Positions 1 through 9,888 of a stretch of DNA of 64,000 nucleotides are shown piece after piece. A model generated the notes under the pieces. That model had not been told where the DNA came from. It did no database searches and saw only the letters and a list, made by a program, of their open reading frames with translations. Numbering within the stretch: position 1 is the stretch's first letter; the number at the start of each line of letters is the position of its first letter. A program made the translations under genes and the position numbers. This DNA is from a candidate division WWE3 bacterium UBA1379 (GTDB lineage: Bacteria > Patescibacteriota > WWE3 > UBA101185 > UBA10185): NCBI GenBank assembly GCA_002305475.1, contig DBRB01000003.1, positions 13,360-77,359 on the forward strand, read 5' to 3'.

Positions 1-1
1 T

Positions 2-1222
2 AAAGTTGTTGAGTTTCTAAAACCCTGTCATTTTTACAAACAATCCCACAGTAAAATCTATGAAGCAGTAATGAATTTGTATGAAAAAAGAGAACCAGCC
101 GATATGATCACGGTTCCTGGTGAATTGAAGAAGATGGGCGTACTTGATGAATGCGGAGGTGTGGCATATCTTACCGATTTGATAAATATTGTTCCTACAG
201 CAGCAAATATTGAATTTTATGCCCGCTTAATCAAAGACGATTCAACAAAACGGGAGTTAATGGGTGTGGCAAACCAGATTGGTGAGATGGTTTATGAGGA
301 ATCCGATGTCACAAATCTATTGGATCGTTCCGAACAATTATTATTTTCCATATCACAAGACAGGGTAAAACAGGATTTTGTTCCCGTAAAAGATACGCTG
401 GAAGTTACTTTTGAGCGTCTTGATGAACTGTCAAAGAAAAGGGGAGCATTGCGCGGGGTACCTTCTGGACTTAAAAGTTTAGATAAAATGCTTTCCGGAC
501 TGCAGAAAGAAAACCTGATCATACTTGCCGCAAGACCGTCCGTAGGTAAATCTTCTTTGGCTATTAATATGGGTCAGTATGCTGCAGTCAATTTTAAAAT
601 TGGTGTAGCAGTCTTTTCGTTGGAAATGGGTAGGGAATCCTTAGTGGATAGAATGATATCCGCACAAGGAAATATTGATAACTGGAGAATTGCTACAGGT
701 AATTTGGAAACAGAAGATTTTGAAAAATATAGTATAGCAGCAGGAGAGCTAGCAGAAGCCCCGATTTATATTGACGATACACCCGGTGTCAGTGTGATGG
801 AAATGCGTACGAAAGCAAGAAGACTGCAGGCGGAGCACGATATTGGACTTGTGATTGTTGACTATTTACAGCTTGTACGGGGAAGAAATTTGGAAAGCCG
901 AGTACAGGAAGTATCCGAAATATCCCAAGCTTTGAAGAATCTTGCCCGAGAACTCAAGGTGCCTGTTTTGGCGTTGTCGCAGTTGTCCCGTGCAGTAGAG
1001 CAAAGAGGGGGGGATAAGAAACCTCAATTGTCAGACCTCAGAGATTCTGGTTCTATTGAACAGGATGCGGATGTGGTGATGTTTTTGTACCGACCAAACG
1101 AAGATGACCGAGAAAACTACATGTTATTAGTAGCAAAACATCGTAATGGGGCTACCGGTGAAATTCCGTTATTCTTCAGAGGTGATAGAACCAAGTTTTA
1201 TGAAGTTGAAAACCGTAGCTAG
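2..1222 (+). CDS. dnaB: Replicative DNA helicase DnaB (5'-truncated by the window edge)
   Basis: AARPSVGKS Walker A, FSLEM, IVDYLQL, LSQLSR, DLRDSGSIEQDAD and AKHRNG motifs. The frame is open from position 2 (KVVEFLKPCHFY...). Confidence 0.97.
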   Translation, partial: KVVEFLKPCHFYKQSHSKIYEAVMNLYEKREPADMITVPGELKKMGVLDECGGVAYLTDLINIVPTAANIEFYARLIKDDSTKRELMGVANQIGEMVYEESDVTNLLDRSEQLLFSISQDRVKQDFVPVKDTLEVTFERLDELSKKRGALRGVPSGLKSLDKMLSGLQKENLIILAARPSVGKSSLAINMGQYAAVNFKIGVAVFSLEMGRESLVDRMISAQGNIDNWRIATGNLETEDFEKYSIAAGELAEAPIYIDDTPGVSVMEMRTKARRLQAEHDIGLVIVDYLQLVRGRNLESRVQEVSEISQALKNLARELKVPVLALSQLSRAVEQRGGDKKPQLSDLRDSGSIEQDADVVMFLYRPNEDDRENYMLLVAKHRNGATGEIPLFFRGDRTKFYEVENRS

Positions 1223-1323
1223 GGTCTACCCTAGATCATCCCTGTATTTGTTGTCATATTAACTAACCACCTGTGATTTATTATAACCGATTGGTACTTT
1301 CTTGTAACAACTCTATAAAGTAG

Positions 1324-1343
1324 GGATAAACCCGGGTTTATCC
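1324..1343. repeat. Perfect 20-bp palindrome between dnaB and the tRNA
   Basis: GGATAAACCC/GGGTTTATCC; likely a terminator or operator between convergent genes. Confidence 0.7.
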
Positions 1344-1439
1344 TTGGAAATCTTCTTATATTCACATTCAATAAATAATGAAAATTGTTCAATATGTAAT
1401 TACAAGGAAAAAGAGGGTCGAACTAGGTTGATCCCTAAA

Positions 1440-1527
1440 TGGTGCCGTGGGAGAGAGTCGAACTCTCACGGGAGTTGAATCCCAGTGGTTTTTGAGACCA
1501 CCGCGTATACCATTCCGCCACCACGGC
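1440..1527 (-). tRNA. tRNA-Leu (anticodon CAA)
   Basis: Reverse complement is GCCGTGGTGGCGGAATGGTATACGCG-GTGGT-CT-CAA-AA-ACCAC, a long variable arm, GTTCGACT, and ends CCACGGCACCA with encoded CCA. Confidence 0.96.
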
Positions 1528-1582
1528 ATGAAGCGTCAATGCATATTATACCCAATCTTTGAGGTGATCAACAGTAAATAAG

Positions 1583-1611
1583 AAAGCGGCCAATTATTAT
1601 TTGACCGCTTT
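1583..1611. terminator. Hairpin terminator downstream of orphan ORF 1645-2061
   Basis: AAAGCGGcCAA...TTGaCCGCTTT inverted repeat. Confidence 0.6.
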
Positions 1612-1644
1612 AATAGGTTAATACATAAGAGGTGAGATTACCGC

Positions 1645-2061
1645 TTATCTGATTATGCTTGTAATAGCATCTGAAATCTGTAGTTTCAAGTCTTCTTGCT
1701 TTAATCTTGCATCCACTACCCGAAGTTTTCGCATTCTTTTCGTCAGACTTTTAACTGTTTCAAACCGATTAGTAACAATTACGATAGGTTTTTTAGTCTT
1801 TGCCAGTTGGGTGATTACACTATCCGGTAAAGTTAATGATAATGCTGCATCTTCACTAGCTTTTTCGCATACAATCACCAATAGTTTGTCTTTACTGTTA
1901 AATACCGAAGGATTGTAATTGGCCTTATTACTTATGGTGAAGTATGTGAAGAATCTGATTCCTAACTTTCGCAGAACCGCTTCGATAAAATTAAAGTCTG
2001 TACCTAATGGCCTGATAATAACCCCAAGGTGTTCGTTCAGATTGTTACCACTTTGGTTCAT
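1645..2061 (-). CDS. Orphan alpha/beta protein, possibly a degenerate receiver-like fold
   Basis: 138-aa ORF with SD AAGGAG and its own terminator; alternating beta/alpha pattern with KPIVIVT. Confidence 0.65.
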   Translation of the reverse strand: MNQSGNNLNEHLGVIIRPLGTDFNFIEAVLRKLGIRFFTYFTISNKANYNPSVFNSKDKLLVIVCEKASEDAALSLTLPDSVITQLAKTKKPIVIVTNRFETVKSLTKRMRKLRVVDARLKQEDLKLQISDAITSIIR

Positions 2062-2180
2062 ATCTGCTCTCCTTATTGTTAATATGTAATGGTGCTGACT
2101 TTTCTGCTACGAAGCATATCACATCAGGTTATGAAAGGTATAGATGTAAAAAGTAGCAAAAATCTGTATAATGCTTCGGT

Positions 2181-2735
2181 ATGTTAATTGCTACAGACTT
2201 AAAAACAGGAACTATATTCAAGGAGGACGGATATCCGTATCAGGTAGTTAAATATGAACACACAAAAACAGCCAGAGCAGGTGCAACGGTTAAAGTAAAA
2301 GCACGAAACCTGGTTACTGGTGCAGTTTTAGAAAAGGGGTATCTGGGATCAGCTAAAGTGGAAGAAGCTGATATTTCAAGAAGAAATGCCCAATACCTAT
2401 ATAAAGATAACGGATATGTATTCATGGATCCTCAATCTTATGAACAAATTACAATTTCGGCTGATGTATTGGGCGATCAGGTGAAGTTTTTGATGGAAGG
2501 TGAAAATGTAATTGTGATGTATTTTGAAGGACGTCCGGTTTCCGTCGATTTACCTATATCAATGGTATTCGAAGTTACCTACACAGAGCCGGGATTTAAA
2601 GGTAACACAGTATCCAATGTCTTAAAGGATGCAACTTTAAATAACGGAGCAACTGCAAAAGTGCCGACATTTATTAAAATCGGGGATAAAATAAAAGTAG
2701 ATACTCGTACCGGCGAGTATGTATCCCGGGCTTAA
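2181..2735 (+). CDS. efp: Elongation factor P
   Basis: VKVKARNLVTG, YTEPGFKGNT, VPTFIKIGDKIKVDTRTGEYVSRA. Confidence 0.96.
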   Translation: MLIATDLKTGTIFKEDGYPYQVVKYEHTKTARAGATVKVKARNLVTGAVLEKGYLGSAKVEEADISRRNAQYLYKDNGYVFMDPQSYEQITISADVLGDQVKFLMEGENVIVMYFEGRPVSVDLPISMVFEVTYTEPGFKGNTVSNVLKDATLNNGATAKVPTFIKIGDKIKVDTRTGEYVSRA

Positions 2736-2754
2736 TTTCCGGTAGAACATCATA

Positions 2755-3684
2755 ATGGATATTCAACAAGTAATTGATATCAAAGGTTTTTCTGTTCCGA
2801 CCATTCTCCTTTTTATGCTGGTAGGGTTCTTTACTTTGAGTTTTGTTTTCTGGCGGCTAGGGAAGAAAGAAGGGTTTGATGAGGAAAAGCTCTTTGATCT
2901 TTTATTGATCAGCCTGGTTTTATCTTCAGGTGTATTAAAGGTAGATCCACTGATAGTTATTACGATTATAATATTTGCAGTTTATCTTAGGTCATATTTT
3001 TGGAAATGGTCCACTTTTAGAATTCTGGACGTCTATTCCTTAGCATTGATGTTAGGTGTTGTTCCTCCGGTAATCGGTTATTCAATAATCTATAATCAAC
3101 CGTTATACATTATGTTTGTTCCTGCATTAGCTATTATGTATATGTTTTTCTCACGTATCCGTAACATAAAAATAAAGTCGGGTTATTCATTTTCACTTAT
3201 TCTGTTATTCGCGATAGCGTTTGGGTTGATATTAAGCAGAGATACTAAGCATTTGCTTTTTTATTCCGTGTTATTTATCATAAGCCTAGCAAACATTTAT
3301 TTAAGAGAAAGAAAAGAAATGGCCACACCTAATTTACCATTAAATCTGATCAACAAATTAAGAAACGATTTACTAACTAAAAGAAAAAGATTAAAAATTG
3401 AACAGAAAGTATTGATAAAAGAAGACCCATATATGGAAGCTGATAGGACAGGGGATAACGCGGAATTGATGGATGAAGCTATACTTGAAGATCACTCAAA
3501 AGAGGTTCATGACGTGGTAAAAAGTTCAGTAGATAGCATGTTGATGCAGGTCAGGAAAGCTTTAGGTAGAATGCGTATAGGTAAATACGGTATGTGTGAA
3601 GTTTGCGGAAAATCTATCGATCCGGCACGACTGAAAGCTTATCCTGAGGCGACAACCTGCGTAGAACATGCGCCTAAGAATTAA
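2755..3684 (+). CDS. Degenerate Lgt-like membrane domain fused to a DksA/TraR zinc-finger domain
   Basis: Hydrophobic N-terminal ~185 aa with KKEGFDEEKLFDL. The C-terminus has a coiled coil plus GKYGMCEVCGKSIDPARLKAYPEATTCVEH. Confidence 0.8.
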   Translation: MDIQQVIDIKGFSVPTILLFMLVGFFTLSFVFWRLGKKEGFDEEKLFDLLLISLVLSSGVLKVDPLIVITIIIFAVYLRSYFWKWSTFRILDVYSLALMLGVVPPVIGYSIIYNQPLYIMFVPALAIMYMFFSRIRNIKIKSGYSFSLILLFAIAFGLILSRDTKHLLFYSVLFIISLANIYLRERKEMATPNLPLNLINKLRNDLLTKRKRLKIEQKVLIKEDPYMEADRTGDNAELMDEAILEDHSKEVHDVVKSSVDSMLMQVRKALGRMRIGKYGMCEVCGKSIDPARLKAYPEATTCVEHAPKN

Positions 3685-3696
3685 TATATAAGTTAA

Positions 3697-4017
3697 ATGG
3701 TACAAAACTGCCAGTATTTTCTATTTGACTATATTCCATCAGCATACTTTTTAATCATCGCGTCTCTAATTTTGTTTAATATATGGTTTTTCAGACAAAA
3801 AAGTATATCATGGATAGCTTATTTTCTGGTAGTTGGCGGTTCCTTGTGGAATTTATCCGAAAGAATAATGAATAAAGGCTGTGTTAGAGATTACTGGGAT
3901 TTCTTTGGTTTATTCATATTTAATGCTGCGGATCTGATGATCATATTCGGACTAGTGATTGTTTTTTGCTTGCACAATAAAAAAAGTGTACTATTTACAA
4001 AGGAGGACTTATCATGA
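3697..4017 (+). CDS. lspA: Short lipoprotein signal peptidase II
   Basis: GGSLWNLSER..G.VRDY...FIFNAAD matches the LspA catalytic motifs. Confidence 0.8.
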   Translation: MVQNCQYFLFDYIPSAYFLIIASLILFNIWFFRQKSISWIAYFLVVGGSLWNLSERIMNKGCVRDYWDFFGLFIFNAADLMIIFGLVIVFCLHNKKSVLFTKEDLS

Positions 4018-4448
4018 GCAAAACAGTATTAATAGTTGAAGATGAAGCCGATATCAGGGCACTATATTCTGAAGTCTTACGAGACGCAGGTTTCAACGTC
4101 ATAGAAGCTCCGGACGGTACAACGGGACTGGATAGGGCAGCGGAAGGTAATTGGGATATTCTTTTATTGGATATTATTCTTCCCGGAAGTGACGGCGTAA
4201 ACGTCCTGAAAAAGATTAAGGCTAATCCGGCAATAAACAACAAGCCGATCATTTTATTAACAAATTTAGGTGTAGAACACGTCATTAATGAGTGTTTCGA
4301 GATAGGGGCGGACGGATATTTAATTAAATCTGAAATCACACCCGATAAGATAGTTGAGGAAGTTGTCAATTATTTGGGTATACAGCCTAAATCCGGTGAA
4401 AATACTCAGCAAACCGAAAACACAGATACACAGCCATCCGATAACTAA
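4014..4448 (+). CDS. Single-domain response regulator (CheY-like)
   Basis: VLIVEDE, LLDIILP, ILLTN, YLIK. Confidence 0.92.
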   Translation: MSKTVLIVEDEADIRALYSEVLRDAGFNVIEAPDGTTGLDRAAEGNWDILLLDIILPGSDGVNVLKKIKANPAINNKPIILLTNLGVEHVINECFEIGADGYLIKSEITPDKIVEEVVNYLGIQPKSGENTQQTENTDTQPSDN

Positions 4449-4456
4449 AAAGCTAT

Positions 4457-5179
4457 ATGGAAATAATTTTTGAAGATAATGACTTGCTGGTTGTAAATAA
4501 GCCTGCAGGTTTAATTGTTAATAATTCTCATACATCCGGTAGCGATACACTGCAGAATATAGTCAGTGAAAACATAACTTTTGAAGAAATGTCTGGTGAA
4601 ATTGATACAGAAGAAATCTATGAAAGTGAATTTAAACAGCGTGGGGGAATTATCCATCGGCTTGATAAGGACACCTCAGGCATAATATTGATTGGAAAAA
4701 ACGAGCCAGCGTTTAATAGAATGCAAAAACAGTTCAAGGAAAGAAGTGTTGAAAAAGAATATTTAGCTATAGTGCTGGGCTTAGTGGAAGAAGAAAAATT
4801 TGAAATCAACGCTCCTATTAAGAGAAATCCTAATAACCGGACGAAGTACGCAATAGTGCGAGACGGTAAGGAGGCTATGACCTCATTTGAGAAAATCAGG
4901 TATTTTACTGACAATAATCAAAATAAGTACACTGTATTAAAAGCATACCCCAAAACAGGCAGAACACATCAGATCAGAGTTCACTTATCTGCTCTGGGCT
5001 TTCCTATAGCAGGGGACAAAATGTACTCAACAAGGCATCAGTTGGAAAATACAAATCATTTTGGAAGATTAATGCTTCATGCAAGAAGTATCAGGTTTAA
5101 TCACCCATCTAGCAATACTGAAATGTATCTAAAAGCAGATATTCCAAGAGAATTTCTGCCGTATTTAGAAAATTTGTAA
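4457..5179 (+). CDS. RluA/RluD-family pseudouridine synthase
   Basis: VVNKPAGL, HRLDKDTSG, TGRTHQIRVH, GDKMY, LMLHA. Confidence 0.95.
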   Translation: MEIIFEDNDLLVVNKPAGLIVNNSHTSGSDTLQNIVSENITFEEMSGEIDTEEIYESEFKQRGGIIHRLDKDTSGIILIGKNEPAFNRMQKQFKERSVEKEYLAIVLGLVEEEKFEINAPIKRNPNNRTKYAIVRDGKEAMTSFEKIRYFTDNNQNKYTVLKAYPKTGRTHQIRVHLSALGFPIAGDKMYSTRHQLENTNHFGRLMLHARSIRFNHPSSNTEMYLKADIPREFLPYLENL

Positions 5180-5276
5180 ATATCAGGTATTAAATAGGTA
5201 ATTGATGTAGGAATTTACTCGGGGACATGGAATAGTACTCGTCATTGTAAGATGTAAGTGATATATTATTCATAAT

Positions 5277-6422
5277 ATGTCTAGTACTGCTCGACGGACA
5301 TCCGCTGCATCAAGAAGATCAAAAACGTACTCAAAAGTTTACAAAAGAACTTCCGTATCAAAAGCGTCAAAAAAAACCATAAGAAAAAGCAGAATATCGT
5401 CCCGTCCTAATCTAGGAAAATCAAAAATAGGTAAAACAGTAAAAAAGATTGCTGCAGTACTGGGTCTTTTTATAATATCGGCTTTATTTGTACTGGCAGT
5501 AGGTTTTTATAAGAATCTGACAAAGAATTTTGCTTCAGCCGATTCGGTAAATTCGTATTCTGTACAGACCCAGGATATCTATTCAGTACTATATATATCG
5601 GTCAGTGACCTAGATCAGGCAGACAGTCCCGACGGCATCCTGGATGTACATTCCATGAGTTTTGTGATTGTAGATAAAAACAATAAAAAACTGGTGAAAT
5701 ATGATATTGATCCGAATATAACTATTGATGTACCGGGGAAGTTCGGAGATGAACAGGTAACAAAAGTCCTACATCTGGGATCATTAAACGCCAAGGATCC
5801 ATTAGAGGGAGGAGTCAGACTGGCTTCCAGAAGTGTTGCTAGGATATTTGGGTATCCGGTAGATAAATACATTATTACGGATGAAAATGTGAAAAATACT
5901 TATGATAGATTATTCAATCATGGCGTAGTGACTCTGGAGCTGGGTAAACCGGGCGGAAAGAAAACGGATTTCACTCTGGAAGAATTTTATAGCCTAGTTT
6001 CTTTTATAAGAACACTACCGTCTGATCGCTTTATTTTTAAATCATTTAATTATGATTACCTACAAAATCCGGATAAGATAAATACGGAAATCAGGGATGT
6101 AACTTTTGACAGCCAGATATCCCTGGAAAAAAAGAGTATATCGGTGTTGAATGGATCGGGACTATCGGGAGTAGCAGGCTATACTTCCAGACAGATTGAA
6201 AATATGGGGGGCAGGGTTGTAACGGTGGGAAATGCTGATAAATCATATGATAAAAGTATTCTTGTTGTGGATGACAAAGAATCAGAGACTGCCAGAAAAC
6301 TTGCCCATAGCTTTGATTTCAAACAGGTAATGACAAGGGAGGAATTCGGTCTGCAGGAAAATGAGGTAGGACGTTCCGATATTGTATTGATTATCGGACT
6401 TGACATTCAGGATATGTTGTAA
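5277..6422 (+). CDS. Membrane-anchored LCP-like protein with a LytR_C domain
   Basis: Basic N-terminal tail, one TM helix, then ISVLNGSGLSGVA...VGNAD...DIVLIIGLD. Confidence 0.8.
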   Translation: MSSTARRTSAASRRSKTYSKVYKRTSVSKASKKTIRKSRISSRPNLGKSKIGKTVKKIAAVLGLFIISALFVLAVGFYKNLTKNFASADSVNSYSVQTQDIYSVLYISVSDLDQADSPDGILDVHSMSFVIVDKNNKKLVKYDIDPNITIDVPGKFGDEQVTKVLHLGSLNAKDPLEGGVRLASRSVARIFGYPVDKYIITDENVKNTYDRLFNHGVVTLELGKPGGKKTDFTLEEFYSLVSFIRTLPSDRFIFKSFNYDYLQNPDKINTEIRDVTFDSQISLEKKSISVLNGSGLSGVAGYTSRQIENMGGRVVTVGNADKSYDKSILVVDDKESETARKLAHSFDFKQVMTREEFGLQENEVGRSDIVLIIGLDIQDML

Positions 6423-6495
6423 TAACATAATGACATTGTCTCTCTCCTTTCTTCACCCCGGTCCCAAATTAGGGCCGGGGTTGTGTTTTTCTTAT

Positions 6496-9060
6496 ATGTC
6501 TATATACATCGGTATACCTTTATTACTGATCGGAATTCTAATAGCAATTATTTACAGGCGGATAAAAACCCAGCCACTGGATTTAGGTGCGGTCAGCAAT
6601 ACCCCTTTTGAAGTCCTTGAAATAAAAATGCCAAAGACACTGGAAGCTGAAAGGGAATCCCAGATGTCAGCTTTGTCGGCAGAAAATATGTTTGCCTCAC
6701 TGCACGGACTGTTAAAAGAGGATGCTACTGAACAGGAGCATTTTTCCTTTGAAATGGTGGCGGACGGAGCAAACGGTATCAAGTTTTATGTGGCAGTACC
6801 TCAAAATGTTTTAAAGTTTGTGGAAAGTCAGATCTATGCCCAGTACCCGTCCTGTCAGATCAGGGTAGTTGAGGATTACACTACTAGTGCTGATTTCAAA
6901 CAGGGGGAGTATGAAATATCCTCCGTAACATTAACAAAAGACTATTTCTTTCCTATAAAAACATTCAGAGATTTTGAAATAGACCCTCTATCGGCAATCA
7001 CTTCCGCTTTTTCCGGAGTATCGTTTGATGAACAGGTTTGGTTGCAGTTTCTAATAAAACCTATTCCTGACGGATGGCAGAAACCCGGATACAATTATGT
7101 GGATTTTGTGAGAACCGGAGTGGATAAAACAAATAAACCCGGTATTCTGGGAGAAGTTGGTAAAATATTCTTTAAGGAATTTGTTGATATCGGACTAGGA
7201 ATTCTTACCGGATTGTTTACACCGCATCCTCCTGAACCAAGACCCGGTGCAAAAGATGCTCCAAAGCCTGCTCTTGCACCAAGGCTCACTTCTGCCCAGG
7301 ATATGGAAGTAAAAGCGATAGAGAATAAGCTGTCTAAAATGGGATTTGAGGTGGAGATCAGGATACTATCATACAGCAAGGATAGAGCGAGACTGGAGAG
7401 TAATCTTAGATCTCTTACCGCGTCCCTAAAACAATATTCCACCAGCACTTTAAACGGATTTGTAACAAGTCGTGAAACGCACCGTACTGGAAGTCTGGAA
7501 AACTTTATAAAACGTACTTTCTGTGGAGATAAATCCTTCATTTTAAACGTGGAAGAAGTAGCTTCCGTCTACCATTTACCTACCGGACAGGTAGAAACTC
7601 CGAATATTCAATGGATTTATTCCAAAAAGTCCGAACCCCCCGCAGGGCTTCCCACACAGGATTGTTGCTATATCGGGGAAACCATATACAGAAGCCAGAG
7701 AGTAAAATTCGGTATCGCCAATAATGACGACAGACTCAGACATATGTATCTGATTGGTAAGTCAGGTACAGGAAAATCAACACTATTTGAAACCATGATC
7801 AGTCAGGATATTCAGAACGGTTTTGGAGTCGGTGTATTGGACCCCCACGGAGAAACAATAGATAAAGTAATGGAATATATACCGGATAATCGGCTTGATG
7901 ATGTGATATATTTTGACCCTTCAGATACGGAAAGACCTGTCGGTCTTAATCTTCTGGAAATGACCGATCCTTCACAGAAAAACCTCATGGCATCTGGATT
8001 GGTAGCAGCAATCAAACACCACTTTGATTACTCGTGGGGTCCTCGACTGGAATATCTTTTAAACTATAGTATCTTAACCTTGCTTGAAGTTCCCGGAACA
8101 ACTATGCTTAGCATTACCAGGCTCCTGGAGGATGATAATTATCGAAAATTCATTCTTCATTTTGTAAAAGATCCGGTAACCATCCGCTTCTGGGAAACGG
8201 AATTTAAGAATATGAAGAGTAATCAAAAAATGATCACGGAAGCGGTAGCTCCTATTCAGAACAAAGTTAACAGATTTTTGGCTTCAACTACCATCAGAAA
8301 TATTCTGGGACAGGCTAGGTCCACAATTGATATCTGGGATGCCATGAATAATGGGAAAATCCTGATGATGAATCTATCCAAAGGTAAAATAGGGGAGGAT
8401 AATGCAAATCTTTTGGGGGCACTCCTGGTATCCAGAATTCAGTTTATGGCATTACAAAGAGCAAAAATACCTCCTCAGGAAAGAAAACCGTTTTATCTTT
8501 ATGTAGATGAGTTCCAGAATTTTGCTACTGGTAGCTTTGAAAGTATTCTGTCTGAGTCCAGAAAATACGGCCTTGGTTTATACCTGACTCATCAATACAC
8601 TGCACAGCTGCCGGAGGATCTGATGAGGGCGGTATTCGGGAATGTGGGTACTATTGCCACCTACGCTTTAGGAGCTCCAGATGCAAAGCTTCTGGAAAAT
8701 GAGTTTTCTCCTTATTTCAACCAGGAGGATATTATTTCCCTGGAAAGGTTTAATATCTATATCAAACTAATGATGAATGGAATGACGTCATTACCTTTCT
8801 CTGCTAGAATACTCTTACCTTGGGTTGAGGGTGAAGCGGTGGTTCAAAAGACTCCCTACCATCAGAAAGTTATTGAAATGAGCAGGCATAAATTCGGTGC
8901 AGATCGTGAAATGGTTGAAAGTAAAATCAATAAGTGGGTAGAAACACCGTTTGATAAAGGAATAGCTATAGCTATAGAAAACCGGGAAAAGGCAGCAAAA
9001 GCGGCACAGGAAAAAAGCCTACCTCAGGTAGCCCAATCGGTTGAAGAAATTAAAAATTAG
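6496..9060 (+). CDS. VirD4/TraG-like (HerA-FtsK superfamily) coupling ATPase with N-terminal TM
   Basis: RHMYLIGKSGTGKS Walker A, LDPHG, YVDEFQNF Walker B, SESRKYGL, HQY, GNVGT. The start is moved to MSIYIG at 6496. Confidence 0.88.
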   Translation: MSIYIGIPLLLIGILIAIIYRRIKTQPLDLGAVSNTPFEVLEIKMPKTLEAERESQMSALSAENMFASLHGLLKEDATEQEHFSFEMVADGANGIKFYVAVPQNVLKFVESQIYAQYPSCQIRVVEDYTTSADFKQGEYEISSVTLTKDYFFPIKTFRDFEIDPLSAITSAFSGVSFDEQVWLQFLIKPIPDGWQKPGYNYVDFVRTGVDKTNKPGILGEVGKIFFKEFVDIGLGILTGLFTPHPPEPRPGAKDAPKPALAPRLTSAQDMEVKAIENKLSKMGFEVEIRILSYSKDRARLESNLRSLTASLKQYSTSTLNGFVTSRETHRTGSLENFIKRTFCGDKSFILNVEEVASVYHLPTGQVETPNIQWIYSKKSEPPAGLPTQDCCYIGETIYRSQRVKFGIANNDDRLRHMYLIGKSGTGKSTLFETMISQDIQNGFGVGVLDPHGETIDKVMEYIPDNRLDDVIYFDPSDTERPVGLNLLEMTDPSQKNLMASGLVAAIKHHFDYSWGPRLEYLLNYSILTLLEVPGTTMLSITRLLEDDNYRKFILHFVKDPVTIRFWETEFKNMKSNQKMITEAVAPIQNKVNRFLASTTIRNILGQARSTIDIWDAMNNGKILMMNLSKGKIGEDNANLLGALLVSRIQFMALQRAKIPPQERKPFYLYVDEFQNFATGSFESILSESRKYGLGLYLTHQYTAQLPEDLMRAVFGNVGTIATYALGAPDAKLLENEFSPYFNQEDIISLERFNIYIKLMMNGMTSLPFSARILLPWVEGEAVVQKTPYHQKVIEMSRHKFGADREMVESKINKWVETPFDKGIAIAIENREKAAKAAQEKSLPQVAQSVEEIKN

Positions 9061-9112
9061 CTGATGCGAAAGGAGACACCTTTTTATCGGCAAGAAAAAG
9101 GAGGAACATTTA

Positions 9113-9865
9113 ATGTCCGAAAATGTTAAAAAACTATACAAAATTTTAGACAACCTTGAGCGTGACGTTCGCTATGCAAAAAAGCTGTTGATAGAGGTGC
9201 AGCAGGAGACAAGGAAAGATTACTCCCAGGTACCCGGTGACGAAGGTGTTTATGACGGATTTCATCTTGTAAAGACAGATGGGACAAAGATTGAAGTTCC
9301 GGCTAACTATGCTGCAAAATCGCGTCTGGTATGGGGTGACACTTTGAAAATGATTGAAGAAGAAGGAAAGAAACTTTTTAAACAGATAGCAAAATCTCCC
9401 AGGAAAAGGGTTGAAGGTGTACTTAATAAAAAAGAAGGCAAGTGGTACGTATTGGCGGAAACAGGATCATACAGGGTCAGTGATGTTGCAGTAGATTTCA
9501 ATAATCTTCAGATAGGGGATAAAGTCACCATATTAATCCCAGAAAACAATTTAAATGCTCCATTTGCCACTCTGGATGTCAAACCGGCAGTCATTAAGAA
9601 AGTGGCACCTGAAATAACTACGGATAGTAAACCAATCGTCAAAAAGGTAGAAGTACCTGTTGGAGCAAAAACACCCGCAAAAGAACCGGTGAAAAAGGTT
9701 GTTCCGGCTAAGAGCCGCAGCACATCGGCTTCAAGCTCAGATAAACCCGTATTAAAAGGTTCAAGAAAGCCGGCAGTTAAAAAAGCTGATACCCAAACTG
9801 AGTCTGCGGAATCCAAGGAATATGTCAATCAGATAGGTGTATTAGGGGATGACGATTTAAGATAA
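9113..9865 (+). CDS. Hypothetical protein with a VPANYAAKSRLV.GD motif and a Lys/Pro-rich tail
   Basis: SD AGGAGG. GVYDG...VPANYAAKSRLVWGDTLK resembles a CPR-conserved family as recalled, not searched. Confidence 0.75.
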   Translation: MSENVKKLYKILDNLERDVRYAKKLLIEVQQETRKDYSQVPGDEGVYDGFHLVKTDGTKIEVPANYAAKSRLVWGDTLKMIEEEGKKLFKQIAKSPRKRVEGVLNKKEGKWYVLAETGSYRVSDVAVDFNNLQIGDKVTILIPENNLNAPFATLDVKPAVIKKVAPEITTDSKPIVKKVEVPVGAKTPAKEPVKKVVPAKSRSTSASSSDKPVLKGSRKPAVKKADTQTESAESKEYVNQIGVLGDDDLR

Positions 9866-9888
9866 GGGTCTTTTTTTGTTTATAATAT

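Noticed and set aside
1223-1530. tRNA-Leu as an integration site with an att duplication
   Set aside because: No second copy of the tRNA 3' end was seen in the window.
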